A stretch of DNA of 64,000 nucleotides, taken from contig OZ241964.1 in NCBI GenBank assembly GCA_965204035.1, forward strand, positions 1,438,726 to 1,502,725. The letters run 5' to 3'. Shown in pieces: positions 11,454-21,267 of this stretch. Below the pieces are notes generated by a model, which ran no database searches, was not told where the DNA came from, and worked only from the letters and a program-made list of their open reading frames with translations. This DNA is from Thermodesulfobacteriota bacterium (lineage in GTDB: Bacteria; Desulfobacterota_D; UBA1144; Nemesobacterales; Nemesobacteraceae). The first letter of the stretch is position 1, and each line of letters starts with the position of its first letter. The position numbers and the translations under genes were made by a program.

Positions 11454-11867
11454 TCAGGCGCTTTTTCTTCCAAGCTCGACAATTATGTCGAAATGCCTCT
11501 TTTCAATCCGCATGACCGAAAGCCTGCTCTGTTTCACAAGAGCAATATCCTCAAGTCTTTCGTCGCTTTTTATCTGCTTGAGAGATACGGGGTTCTCCAG
11601 CGTTTCCAAGGGCTTCAGGTCAACCACGACCCATCTTTCGTCTTCCGTAGTGGGATCCTGGTAATATTCCCTTATGACCTCGGATATGCCTACCACTTCA
11701 AGTCCTTTATTGCTGTGGTAGAAAAGGACGAGATCTCCCTTTTTCATCCCCTTCAGGTTGTTTCTGGCCTGATAGTTTCTAACCCCGTCCCAGTATGTCC
11801 ATCCGTCGCTGAGAAATTCCTCCCACGAGTATTTAAACGGTTCTGATTTAACAAGCCAGTAGTTCAT
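11454..11867 (-). CDS. EVE (PUA-like) domain protein
   Basis: MNYWLVKSEP...WDGVRNYQARNNL...GDLVLFYHS signature of EVE domains. Confidence 0.85.
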   Translation of the reverse strand: MNYWLVKSEPFKYSWEEFLSDGWTYWDGVRNYQARNNLKGMKKGDLVLFYHSNKGLEVVGISEVIREYYQDPTTEDERWVVVDLKPLETLENPVSLKQIKSDERLEDIALVKQSRLSVMRIEKRHFDIIVELGRKSA

Positions 11868-11926
11868 AGTCAATTGTACGGGAAGCGGGAACCTGACCGC
11901 CGTTTAACAACATGTCCGGAACCAGG

Positions 11927-13633
11927 TCACCACCCCTTCAGCCCGCTTGCGGATAAATCGTTACTTTCTTCGCAATCATCACCGAGACTCTGGTTAGTTG
12001 TGTCAGCCGCATTCCAGAAATTATTGCGAACAGTCGATAGGCATTCTTGATCCTGTCCTACCTGCTGACCGAGAAACTTCTGAGTGATGACGCGGCGGTG
12101 CTCCGGCGAATCCGTGAAATAGCCCATGATTTCATCCTGACTCTCATCCTGATTGAAGTAGTGCTTTATATCAAGACCCCCTCGGAAGACAATAACGTTT
12201 TCCGCGTCTATATCGGAGGCATCCGGAAACTCGAGCCTGCCGGTCTGCTCGATCAAGTAGGGACACACGCTCAGAAAAGTCCTGTAACCGACCAGAAAGC
12301 CGTATCCGAACGCCTCCTTGGTTCCGCCGCTGTCTCCAGGCAGCGGTTCATTCTTTACCCTGTCGTAACGGGAAAGGCTGTCCGGATCGGTGGCCCGGTT
12401 TATGCCGAAAGAGCAGATCATGGCGGTCCGGTTAGTTATTCCGGGAAAGAAATCAAGCCCGAAGAACCTTTGAAAAAGAGCAGGCCAACCGCCACCGTCC
12501 AACGGTGGCAACCCATACGTCTCTCTAGGCTGTTCACCAGATAGACTTTCATATCCCCTCGGCCCGTACGTAGTTATCACGGTACTGCCGTCGGCATGCG
12601 CTTTCGCGATTTCACCAATATATCTTATGGCCTTACCTACACTATTTTCTTCCTCTATAATGTGCACAATCCTGTCGAAAACCCCGCCTGAGTAGACTCG
12701 CTCACCGTCAATTTCGGCCGCGGTGGAATGATGCGCGTCCATAAATTCGCGAAAATTCATACGCATCCCCGGATAGGCAGCATTGCAGGAAGCATCGTCT
12801 TCACAAGCGCTGAAAAGAATATCCATCATGCGCGCCGCGTTATTAAGACCATCCGATATGGGGTGTTCGTGCGGAACCGTAACCTGTTCAAAAAAGACAT
12901 TGTGAAGTTCGGGACTGTTCTCCTCGGCAAGCATGTGGCTCACGACGACACCTCCGAATGAACTGGTAAGCAGGTTCACCGGTGAGCGTATGGTTCCGGA
13001 AGGCACAAACTCCGATACTTTCATCACGTTCCCGTCAACGGTAATTTCCGCGTCACCGTCCGCGAGTAAACTTATTACGGAGTTAGCATCCTGCGCGTTG
13101 AGCTTAGGGTTGATTTTACTGAAAGTATCATGCTCTTTGAGACAGGAGATGAATTCCTCGCCCGGAAGACATTCCCACTCAGCGGTCAGGTTTGCGTGGC
13201 TTGACCCGCGGTAATTTATCGCGACCCAGAGAGTATGCACTCCTCCGTCCTCGCCGAGCAGGGAATCTATTCTGCTGCCCGTTCCGCCCTGAATTACGAC
13301 GCCCATGCGCTTAATTGTGCCGGTCTCTCGAACGGAGACCCACACGTCTATGGAAACGCCATCGGGCGCGGTGTAAGTTCCGGAATACAGTCTGCCCCAC
13401 GGATCACCTGCGTTCTCAGTGTTGAAAATCAATCCTCCGGCACCCGGCGGAGGCACATCCGGCGGAGGCACATCCGGCGGAGGCATATCCGGCGGAGGCA
13501 TATCCGGCGGAGAACCACTGTCGGCCGAACCGCATCCCCAGACCGCCGCTAAACATATCAGAAGAACGAAGAGCCCTTTAAGAACGCGACACGGATCCGT
13601 AAAGAGGCAGGACATGCTGTCTGTTGAAAACAT
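11927..13633 (-). CDS. Putative secreted lipoprotein with a Pro-rich linker and a possible alpha/beta-hydrolase core
   Basis: Signal peptide ending LAAVWGC, then PPDMPPPDMPPPDVPPPDVPPP. TSSFGG resembles a nucleophile elbow. Fold assignment is weak. Confidence 0.5.
   Translation of the reverse strand: MFSTDSMSCLFTDPCRVLKGLFVLLICLAAVWGCGSADSGSPPDMPPPDMPPPDVPPPDVPPPGAGGLIFNTENAGDPWGRLYSGTYTAPDGVSIDVWVSVRETGTIKRMGVVIQGGTGSRIDSLLGEDGGVHTLWVAINYRGSSHANLTAEWECLPGEEFISCLKEHDTFSKINPKLNAQDANSVISLLADGDAEITVDGNVMKVSEFVPSGTIRSPVNLLTSSFGGVVVSHMLAEENSPELHNVFFEQVTVPHEHPISDGLNNAARMMDILFSACEDDASCNAAYPGMRMNFREFMDAHHSTAAEIDGERVYSGGVFDRIVHIIEEENSVGKAIRYIGEIAKAHADGSTVITTYGPRGYESLSGEQPRETYGLPPLDGGGWPALFQRFFGLDFFPGITNRTAMICSFGINRATDPDSLSRYDRVKNEPLPGDSGGTKEAFGYGFLVGYRTFLSVCPYLIEQTGRLEFPDASDIDAENVIVFRGGLDIKHYFNQDESQDEIMGYFTDSPEHRRVITQKFLGQQVGQDQECLSTVRNNFWNAADTTNQSLGDDCEESNDLSASGLKGW
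13444..13512. repeat. 15-bp in-frame tandem repeat, about 4.6 units (CCGGCGGAGGCAYAT)
   Basis: Units at 13444, 13459, 13474 and 13489 plus a partial unit. Encodes the (PPDM/PPDV) linker of the lipoprotein on the minus strand. Confidence 0.9.
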
Positions 13634-13994
13634 CCTTAACCCTCCTTAAACCGAGATCGTGAAAACATCATTCAGCAGTGACGTCAGCATACCAAAACAG
13701 CCGTTTGACGGTGAAAAACGGTTTTAAATCAAACCTTCTTGAGGCATTCCCGGGCAACTTGGCGTCCGGCCGCGGCGCATATTCCCGATAGTTGGGCGCT
13801 CAGAGGCGCAAGCGGGAAATACAGGCGGCTCGCGGCCGAACAATGCGCGAATTCAATCTGATTTTCCGTTAAAGGCTGGAAATCAACGCCTCACTACCTC
13901 ACAATGTACAACAAACCGGAAACAGAATCAAACGGATTTGCTGAGATTCTTGCCTGACTTGAAAACCATAACGTTATAGTTTATAGTTTATTCC

Positions 13995-14984
13995 ATGAAA
14001 TACGAAAAATTGACCGCAAAAAAGAAACTGCTGGATAAATATGCACCGCTGCCCGGCGCCCTTCTAAGCAATCTGGACGATTGGTTTCGGGTTGAACTGA
14101 CCTACACGAGTAACGCAATTGAAGGAAATACTCTAGGTCGCCGTGAAACCGCGCTGGTGGTCGAAAAAGGTCTCACCATCGGGGGTAAATCACTTCTTGA
14201 GCACATGGAAGCCGTAAACCACGCCCGCGCTCTTGACTGGGTCAAAGAACAAGCGAAAGGCAGACCGCATCCGCTGACCGAAGAGGATATCCTGCATATC
14301 CACCGTCTTATCATGAAGAGTATCGATGATCACAACGCCGGTCGTTACCGCGTGACGCCAGTGCGAATCTCCGGTTCGGCGGTAGCGCTGCCGAACCCGC
14401 GCAAAGTGCCGGACCTGATGAACGGGTTAGCGAAATGGCTCAAGCTGGCAACCGGCCTGCACCCGGTAGAATTGGCCGCCGAAGCCCATTACCGGCTGGT
14501 TACCATTCACCCGTTTACCGACGGCAACGGCCGCACGGCGCGGCTTCTAATGAACATGGTCCTGCTCATGTCGGGTTACCCCGCAGCAATAATACGCAAA
14601 CGCGACCGGCTGGCTTATATCGACTCGCTTGAAAAAACGCAGCTGGGCGGCTCTAAAGACGCATACATGAAAATTGTCGCGCGGGCGGTTGGCCGTTCAC
14701 TTGATATATATCTCAAGGCGGCTGAAGGCAAAACGGATACAGGCGATGATAATGCCCCCCTGCTTAAAATCGGTGAACTGGCAAAACTGGTCAACCAGAG
14801 AAATTCCACCATACGCCACTGGACCAAGGAAGGTCTGCTCGAAGTCGCCGAGATTACCGACGCCGGGTATCAACTCTATGCACAGGAGATGGTTAAAAGA
14901 ATAAGGTTAATAAACAAGCTTAAATCACGCAGATTTACGCTCAGGGAAATCAGGGAGAAAATACCGCGTGATTCTCAGGACTGA
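13995..14984 (+). CDS. Fic-domain protein fused to a C-terminal MerR-type HTH
   Basis: Fic motif HPFTDGNGRTARL. N-terminal inhibitory-helix motif SNAIEG. C-terminus LKIGELAKLVNQRNSTIRHWTKEGLL...YQLY is a MerR-like HTH. Confidence 0.85.
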   Translation: MKYEKLTAKKKLLDKYAPLPGALLSNLDDWFRVELTYTSNAIEGNTLGRRETALVVEKGLTIGGKSLLEHMEAVNHARALDWVKEQAKGRPHPLTEEDILHIHRLIMKSIDDHNAGRYRVTPVRISGSAVALPNPRKVPDLMNGLAKWLKLATGLHPVELAAEAHYRLVTIHPFTDGNGRTARLLMNMVLLMSGYPAAIIRKRDRLAYIDSLEKTQLGGSKDAYMKIVARAVGRSLDIYLKAAEGKTDTGDDNAPLLKIGELAKLVNQRNSTIRHWTKEGLLEVAEITDAGYQLYAQEMVKRIRLINKLKSRRFTLREIREKIPRDSQD

Positions 14985-15087
14985 GTAGAATAGCGAATTT
15001 AAATCGGTATTTTTTCGAAATATCCTTATAATAACTTCCCCGCTTGTGTATTATTTCCCGTGGCTTTTAGTTCAATGAGGTTCTAAA

Positions 15088-15810
15088 TTGTTTATAATTC
15101 CCGCCATAGACCTAAAAGACGGAAACTGCGTGCGGCTTCTCAAGGGAGAAGAAGGCACGGAGACAGTCTTTTCAAACAGCCCTTCCGATACCGCGAAAAA
15201 GTGGGAGCGGTGCGGAGCCCGGTGGATTCACGTCGTGGATCTCGACGGAGCTTTTAAGGGTAATCCCAGGAATTTCGGCGCTGTAGAGGAAATAGTCCGT
15301 TCCGTCTCATCAAGCGTCCAGGTCGGAGGCGGGATAAGGAGCATCGCCACCGTCGAGAAGTACCTTGAAATCGGTATCGAGAGGGTGATAATAGGCACTT
15401 CGGCCTTTACCGACAGGGACTTTCTTGAGGATATCTGCGGGAGATTTCCCGGAAAAATAGCCGTCGGGGTAGATACAAAGGGAGGAAAAATAGCCCTGCG
15501 GGGATGGAAGGAAACTATAGACACGAACGTCGCTCAGACGATGCTTGAATTCCGCGACATAGGAGTATCGCTCGTTATTCACACAAATGTTGACAGGGAC
15601 GGAACCATGGAAGGAATAGACGCGGCATCGACAAAGAATTTTCTCTCCATGTGTCCTCTTCCGGTAATCGTTTCAGGCGGTATCGCGTCGCTTGGCGATC
15701 TGAGCGATATACAGTCCATCGCAGGTGACAATCTGTTCGGAGCGATACTCGGAAAATCCATCTACTCAGGTTCCATCGATCTTGAAGACAGCATACGAAG
15801 GTTTCAGTAA
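15088..15810 (+). CDS. hisA: ProFAR isomerase HisA
   Basis: [29 protein letters not shown] blocks. TTG start. Confidence 0.9.
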   Translation: MFIIPAIDLKDGNCVRLLKGEEGTETVFSNSPSDTAKKWERCGARWIHVVDLDGAFKGNPRNFGAVEEIVRSVSSSVQVGGGIRSIATVEKYLEIGIERVIIGTSAFTDRDFLEDICGRFPGKIAVGVDTKGGKIALRGWKETIDTNVAQTMLEFRDIGVSLVIHTNVDRDGTMEGIDAASTKNFLSMCPLPVIVSGGIASLGDLSDIQSIAGDNLFGAILGKSIYSGSIDLEDSIRRFQ

Positions 15811-15812
15811 AC

Positions 15813-16574
15813 ATGGTTTCAAAAAGAATAATTCCATGTCTTGACGTAAAGGACGGGAGAGTGGTAAAAGGGGTTCGCTTCGTTAACCTAAGGGATGCCG
15901 GGGACCCCGTTGAGGTGGCGAAAAAGTACAGCGAAGAGGGCGCTGACGAGATAACGTTTCTCGATATCACCGCCTCGCATGAAAAGAGAAAAACTATGAT
16001 AGACGTGGTCGAGCGGACCGCGAGCGAGGTCTTCGTTCCCCTGACCGTCGGAGGGGGGCTTAGAACCGTGGAAGACGTAAGAGAGCTTCTGCTGGCCGGG
16101 GCGGACAAGGTTACGATCAACACGGCGGCCATAACAGATCCGGACTTCGTAAGACGGGCTTCTGACAGGTTCGGAAGCCAGTGCATAGTGGTAGCGATAG
16201 ACGCGAGGAGAAAAGACGGCGGCGGATGGGAGGTATTCACCCACGGCGGACGCAACCCGACCGGAATAGACGCCGTCGGGTGGGCCGCGAAGATGGAGGA
16301 TTTCGGAGCGGGCGAAATCCTTCTTACGAGCATGGACAGGGACGGCACGGAGGACGGGTACGATCTCGAGCTCACAAGAACCATCTCGGAGACCGTCGGC
16401 ATTCCCGTCATAGCTTCTGGAGGCGCGGGACGGCTTGAACATCTGGTTGAAGCGGTGGAAGCGGGACGGGCAGACGCCGTTTTGTGCGCCTCGATTTTTC
16501 ATTACGGCAAGTATTCAATAAACGAGGCGAAGGAATTCCTGTCGGAGAAAGGGGTACTTGTAAGACTGGTGTAA
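15813..16574 (+). CDS. hisF: Imidazole glycerol phosphate synthase cyclase subunit HisF
   Basis: [29 protein letters not shown] blocks. Immediately follows hisA. Confidence 0.95.
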   Translation: MVSKRIIPCLDVKDGRVVKGVRFVNLRDAGDPVEVAKKYSEEGADEITFLDITASHEKRKTMIDVVERTASEVFVPLTVGGGLRTVEDVRELLLAGADKVTINTAAITDPDFVRRASDRFGSQCIVVAIDARRKDGGGWEVFTHGGRNPTGIDAVGWAAKMEDFGAGEILLTSMDRDGTEDGYDLELTRTISETVGIPVIASGGAGRLEHLVEAVEAGRADAVLCASIFHYGKYSINEAKEFLSEKGVLVRLV

Positions 16575-16592
16575 AAAGAGGTTCAGGATATC

Positions 16593-17663
16593 TTGCTCAT
16601 ACGAAAGCAGACCGAAGAAAACGAAAAAAAACTGCTCAGTCCGATGGCGACTCTGAGCTGCGAATCCAAGGGAAGAGCAAACCCGGAGCCCGAATGCGGC
16701 ATAAGAACGTGCTTTCAGAGGGACCGGGACAGGGTAATTCACTCCAAGGCCTTCAGAAGACTCAAGCATAAAACTCAGGTATTCATCTCTCCGACCAACG
16801 ATCATTACCGCACAAGGCTGACTCATGTAATAGAAGTCTCCCAGATAGCCAGAACTATATCGAAAGCACTTATGCTTAACGAAGATCTGACCGAAGCCAT
16901 AGCGCTCGGTCACGACCTGGGCCACACCCCCTTCGGCCACTCCGGGGAGGAAGGGCTGAACGAAGTGTTCCCCGGCGGGTTCAGGCATGTTCACCAGAGC
17001 ATAAGGATCGTGGATGTGCTGGAACGCGATGGAGCGGGGCTCAACCTGACGCATGAAGTCAGGGATGGAATAGCCAAACATTCCAAGGGGTGGGGAAAGG
17101 AGGGAATAGAGACCGAGGAGAACAGGCCCCTTACCCTTGAAGGCCAGGTAACCAAGATCTCGGATCTTGTCGCTTACACGAATCACGATCTTGATGACGC
17201 AATCCGCTCGGGTATCATATCCCCCGGCGATGTTCCCGCGGAATATATCTCGATCCTCGGAGATACGGCTTCGCAAAGAGTAAACACGATGGTAGTGGAC
17301 ATCGTTGAGCAGACCATCGAAAGAGGCGGGATGAGAATTCTGATGAGCGAGGAAGTGTTCGAAGCACTCTTGGGACTCAGAACCTACCTCTACGAGAATG
17401 TCTATGTAAGTAAGCGACTGCTTTCGCTTCATAATAAATCCAAAAAAGTGGTGAAGGAGCTTTACTTGTATTTCTGCGAGAACGAGAAGATCTTCCGTGA
17501 GAGTTTCTGCAAGATGCCCGTACGAGATGATGAAACGCTGCAGAGGGCGGTATGCGACTTCATCGCCGGAATGTCCGACCTTTACGCGCTTTCGCTTTAC
17601 CAGAAGATATTTCTTCCGAGCAGGTGGACAAAAAGCCAGGAAATACAGGACGTTTACCTATGA
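16593..17663 (+). CDS. dgt: dGTPase-like HD-domain triphosphohydrolase
   Basis: FQRDRDRVIHSKAFRRL and THVIEVSQIAR...GHDLGHTPFGH motifs. TTG start. Confidence 0.85.
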   Translation: MLIRKQTEENEKKLLSPMATLSCESKGRANPEPECGIRTCFQRDRDRVIHSKAFRRLKHKTQVFISPTNDHYRTRLTHVIEVSQIARTISKALMLNEDLTEAIALGHDLGHTPFGHSGEEGLNEVFPGGFRHVHQSIRIVDVLERDGAGLNLTHEVRDGIAKHSKGWGKEGIETEENRPLTLEGQVTKISDLVAYTNHDLDDAIRSGIISPGDVPAEYISILGDTASQRVNTMVVDIVEQTIERGGMRILMSEEVFEALLGLRTYLYENVYVSKRLLSLHNKSKKVVKELYLYFCENEKIFRESFCKMPVRDDETLQRAVCDFIAGMSDLYALSLYQKIFLPSRWTKSQEIQDVYL

Positions 17664-18538
17664 GCGAAAAAAAGGGGAACCGGTCATTGATAAATCTCGG
17701 AGCAGCGCCTTTTCTTAACATGCAGCCACTCATTTATCCTCTGGAAAAAGGGGTTGTCGAGCACAGCTTTAATATAATGTATTTTGACCCTTTCCTTCTT
17801 TCCGACAATCTGTCGAAAGGAGTGGTTGATGTCGCCCCCATTCCCTCGGTTGAATTTCTAAGAGCCGACGACTACTGCATTCTGCCCGACATTTCCATAT
17901 CCTCTTTCGGAAAAGTCGACAGCGTCATACTCAAGGCACGAAAAGAAATAACGAAAATAAAAAGCGTGTCGGTTGACAGCAGGTCCAAGAGCTCAACGGC
18001 CCTGCTCAGAATCGTGCTGGAGCTCTTCCTCGGTCTTAAGCCCGAATACGTAAAAAGAGAACCCGTAAACGGTTTCCTTGAAGGAGTTGACGCCGGGATG
18101 CTTATCGGCAACGCGGGTCTTCAGGCCCGTCACCTCTCCGCGGAAAAATCCCCCTTCACGTACGACCTGGGGGAACTCTGGACGAGGGAAACCGCCCTTC
18201 CCTTCGTATACGCGGTTATGGCGATCAAAAAAGGGGACGACGCCACAGCCGAAGGCTGTAAATGTCTTGTTTCAACGAGAGAACAAGGAGTGGAATTCAT
18301 CCCGGAGATAGTGGACATCGAATCCCGAAAACTGGGCCTCAGCAGGGAGCATTGCACGACTTACCTTAAAGAAAGAATCAAGTATGACCTTGACGGCCCA
18401 AAAATTGACGGACTCATCAAGTATCGCGACCTTCTTTTCGAGCTTAACGAAATAGAGAAGAAAAACGAAATCGATTTCTACGCAGACCCTTCGGAGACGA
18501 AACCCGGAAGGAGAGGAGAATGGAAAAACGGATCATGA
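17660..18538 (+). CDS. mqnA: MqnA-like (chorismate dehydratase, futalosine pathway; VitK2_biosynth family)
   Basis: ATG overlaps the dgt stop (ATGA). INLGAAPFLNMQPLIYPL N-terminus is typical of MqnA-type periplasmic-binding-fold proteins. Confidence 0.7.
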   Translation: MSEKKGNRSLINLGAAPFLNMQPLIYPLEKGVVEHSFNIMYFDPFLLSDNLSKGVVDVAPIPSVEFLRADDYCILPDISISSFGKVDSVILKARKEITKIKSVSVDSRSKSSTALLRIVLELFLGLKPEYVKREPVNGFLEGVDAGMLIGNAGLQARHLSAEKSPFTYDLGELWTRETALPFVYAVMAIKKGDDATAEGCKCLVSTREQGVEFIPEIVDIESRKLGLSREHCTTYLKERIKYDLDGPKIDGLIKYRDLLFELNEIEKKNEIDFYADPSETKPGRRGEWKNGS

Positions 18539-19353
18539 AACTGGGCCACAGTCCCGACGCTGACGACGCGTTCATGTTCTACGCCATAGCGAGCGGAAAG
18601 GTGGCTTCCGAAAAGATAGATTTCGAGCATGTGATTGAAGACATACAGTCACTCAACAAGAGAGCCATGAAAGGAGAGCTCGAAGTAACGGCAATCTCCG
18701 CCCATGGATACCTAAGCGTGCAGGACCGCTACCGGATTCTCTCCTGCGGAGCCAGCATGGGAAAAGGGTACGGCCCCATAGTGGTTGCCAAGAAGAAAAT
18801 TTCTGACCTCAGGGGAAAAGCCGTCGCGGTACCCGGGAAGCTTACTACCGCATATCTTCTTCTGAGTCTCTACGCTGATGATTTCATCCCGGTTGAAGTG
18901 CCCTTTGACAAGATCATGGACAAGGTGCTCGGAGAAGAGGTAGACGCGGGTCTTCTTATACATGAAGGACAGCTTACCTATGAAGAGACGGGGCTTGATC
19001 TTCTGTTCGATCTTGGAGCAATGTGGGCCGAGGAGACCGATCTTCCGATGCCGCTTGGACTTAACGTGCTTCGAAGAGACATACCCCGGGGGCTTGATGC
19101 CGAAGTTCTTCGAGTACATAAAGAAAGCATAGAGTACGCCCTCTCGAACAAAAAAGAGGCTCTTGATTACGCGATGCGCTTTGGAAGGGGGATGAGCGAG
19201 GATACGGGAGAGAAGTTCGTGTTGATGTACGTAAACGAGTGGACCAGGGACCTTGGCGAAAGTGGAACCGGGGCGCTTGAGTATCTTTTTGAAAAAGCCC
19301 GCGCAAAGGGAATCATAGCCGAGAACCCAATGCTTGATATTCTCTGCGACTGA
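18520..19353 (+). CDS. mqnD: MqnD-like (1,4-dihydroxy-6-naphthoate synthase family)
   Basis: KLGHSPDADDAFMFYAI resembles the MqnD SPCPNDTF block. GGAGAGGAG RBS just upstream. Confidence 0.65.
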   Translation: MEKRIMKLGHSPDADDAFMFYAIASGKVASEKIDFEHVIEDIQSLNKRAMKGELEVTAISAHGYLSVQDRYRILSCGASMGKGYGPIVVAKKKISDLRGKAVAVPGKLTTAYLLLSLYADDFIPVEVPFDKIMDKVLGEEVDAGLLIHEGQLTYEETGLDLLFDLGAMWAEETDLPMPLGLNVLRRDIPRGLDAEVLRVHKESIEYALSNKKEALDYAMRFGRGMSEDTGEKFVLMYVNEWTRDLGESGTGALEYLFEKARAKGIIAENPMLDILCD

Positions 19354-19359
19354 TTTTTC
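19337..19359. repeat. Left copy of a perfect 23-bp direct repeat ATATTCTCTGCGACTGATTTTTC
   Basis: Covers the last codons, stop and 6 nt after mqnD. An identical string occurs at 21518..21540. Confidence 0.95.
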
Positions 19360-19519
19360 TTAGTTTATGGAAAACCTCAAACTGTCTAGCGTTTGTCAAA
19401 AACCTCCTACTCACTAAAACAACAATAAGTGGTTCATCTGGAAATATAGTACCTCAGAATAGGGTCGAGTTTGGAACTAAGAGGCAAAGTGATAACCAAG
19501 TTAAAGATGAAAAAGGAAG

Positions 19520-20137
19520 TTACCCGAACAGCTTCGAAAGCCAAGCCATAAATGATGAATTTAATTGTGTTTGAGTAGTCAGGTCCCCCGCACCGATGGT
19601 GGCTCCCATTCTATTAGGTTTCTTTCTGGTAGCCAACCAAGCATAGAATTTTGCCTTATTTGATTTGGTTGGCAAAAACTTTTTATCATCCTCCGGAATG
19701 CTATCGATATAAGATTGGGCTAACGGCCACACCGGGTCATCATCTTTAATCATCTCTATTACGAAATCTTCGAGTTCCCCGCTTGCACTGTTATTGGGCA
19801 TCAGCCAAACACCTACGGTAGGTCCGCTGTCACTGTTAATAATTATGCCACTCTGATCCAGGTTCTCCGGAGGTTCAAAATCTGCGTCAATAAGTTTTTC
19901 CCTGATATCTTTCCAACGTTGCTTCGGACAACTGTTGCTGTCCATAACAAAGCCGACAGATTTACGTCCAGCAACCTTTGTTTGCACACTGATCTGTTTT
20001 AAGATATTGGGGTATCCTTCACAATCTTTTATGTCAAACTCAAGATTCTGCAGACACCGGTCTCGGATTTGCTTGATAACGTGTTTATCATCCTGTCCTT
20101 CAACTACAAGAAGATATTCATTGCCAACCGAAGCCAT
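19520..20137 (-). CDS. Small Toprim-like protein (DUF3226/DUF4276/DUF4435-like by recollection), partner of the upstream ATPase
   Basis: N-terminal LLVVEGQDDKHVI (EGxxD, Toprim/OLD-like acidic motif) and later GELEDF acidic block. Starts 2 nt after the ATPase stop. Confidence 0.55.
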   Translation of the reverse strand: MASVGNEYLLVVEGQDDKHVIKQIRDRCLQNLEFDIKDCEGYPNILKQISVQTKVAGRKSVGFVMDSNSCPKQRWKDIREKLIDADFEPPENLDQSGIIINSDSGPTVGVWLMPNNSASGELEDFVIEMIKDDDPVWPLAQSYIDSIPEDDKKFLPTKSNKAKFYAWLATRKKPNRMGATIGAGDLTTQTQLNSSFMAWLSKLFG

Positions 20138-20139
20138 TT

Positions 20140-21267
20140 CTATCTTACCTCTATATTGTATTCGGTGGCGGATTCAAGCTCGTTTTCTGAATACCTAATG
20201 CATCTCGTCCGCCCCTCTTCTCGTTCAAGACGGATAAGGACGCCTGAAACATCTTCGGCCTCGGTTGCGGCCCGCGCAAAACCTCTCACACAGTCGAAAC
20301 TGTGGGTCGTCGCGAAAACCTGAATATTATTTTCTTGCGCCGTTCGAAGTATCATACTCCAGAACTTGTGTTGAGCAGTGTAGTGAATTCCATTTTCCGC
20401 TTCATCAATCAGAAGGAACCCGTTGCGACAGTTACCCATAGCAAGGGCAGTACTGAATAACCGGGTAGCTCCATCACCAAGACTTTTCAGTGAGACAGGG
20501 CCATGTTTTCCAAGCCTGACGACAGCTCGCCTGCCCCTCCAACGAGCTCGAACCCCTTCCTCTCCAATCATAGCTACGCGATCCACCGGATCATCAAGAA
20601 CGAGGTTCAGAGCATTAATCGCAAGATCCTCATCTTCAGTAAGTGTGACTTCATCCCAGAGTTCGGCAATCGCTCTGTTAGATAAAATTTGAGGGCCCAG
20701 CCACTGTGATTTCATCGTTGCTGGTTTCTCATCCCTGTCAATAACATGCTGGATTCTTCGTTTCATTCTCCAGTTATTTTCAAACGAACCGAGAATCAGC
20801 CATTTCTTACCCCGGAAAGTTGTCCTGAATACAGGAACATCTCTTCCCGGAAAATCGTCGGCTACTAGTTCACGAAAGCGGGAAAGGCTTTTATCATCGG
20901 GAGCGGTCAGTTTAATTTTCAGCTTTCCGGTTTTGCCCTCTGGGCCAATTTCTATCTGCGCGCCCGTGGATGGTTCTCGTCCATGGAAAAGTGCCTTGAA
21001 ATCTAGCAAATCTACTTTCTCGCCATCTTTATCAATGCCAGCAAGAAACTCTTCACGCCCTATGATTAACTCGGCCAGTACGGACTCATCTGCACGAGCC
21101 GCATAAACTTTTACCGCTTCAAGAATAGTAGTCTTTCCACAACCGTTTCTCCCCGTAAACAAGGTTACATGACCCAATTTTGGAATTGAGAGTTTGTCGA
21201 AACACCGAAACCCCTTTATTGATAAATCAGGGAGATGGAACCCTCTGTCATCTAGTTGTTTGGACAT
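20140..21267 (-). CDS. ABC/SMC-like ATPase (AAA_21-like)
   Basis: Walker A GRNGCGKTT, signature-like LKSLGDGATR, Walker B FLLIDEAENGIH, H-loop ATTHS. Start placed at MSKQLDD (ATG 21267, AAAGGA RBS). The 54-codon upstream extension in the ORF track looks non-coding. Confidence 0.75.
   Translation of the reverse strand: MSKQLDDRGFHLPDLSIKGFRCFDKLSIPKLGHVTLFTGRNGCGKTTILEAVKVYAARADESVLAELIIGREEFLAGIDKDGEKVDLLDFKALFHGREPSTGAQIEIGPEGKTGKLKIKLTAPDDKSLSRFRELVADDFPGRDVPVFRTTFRGKKWLILGSFENNWRMKRRIQHVIDRDEKPATMKSQWLGPQILSNRAIAELWDEVTLTEDEDLAINALNLVLDDPVDRVAMIGEEGVRARWRGRRAVVRLGKHGPVSLKSLGDGATRLFSTALAMGNCRNGFLLIDEAENGIHYTAQHKFWSMILRTAQENNIQVFATTHSFDCVRGFARAATEAEDVSGVLIRLEREEGRTRCIRYSENELESATEYNIEVR

Noticed and set aside
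15575-16502. Minus-strand ORFs of 278 aa and 204 aa.
   Set aside because: Antisense to hisA/hisF, which have unmistakable conserved motifs. The antisense translations are Ser/Pro/Arg-rich with no motifs.
16515-17432. A 305-aa minus-strand ORF.
   Set aside because: Fully antisense to the dGTPase-like gene. No recognisable features.
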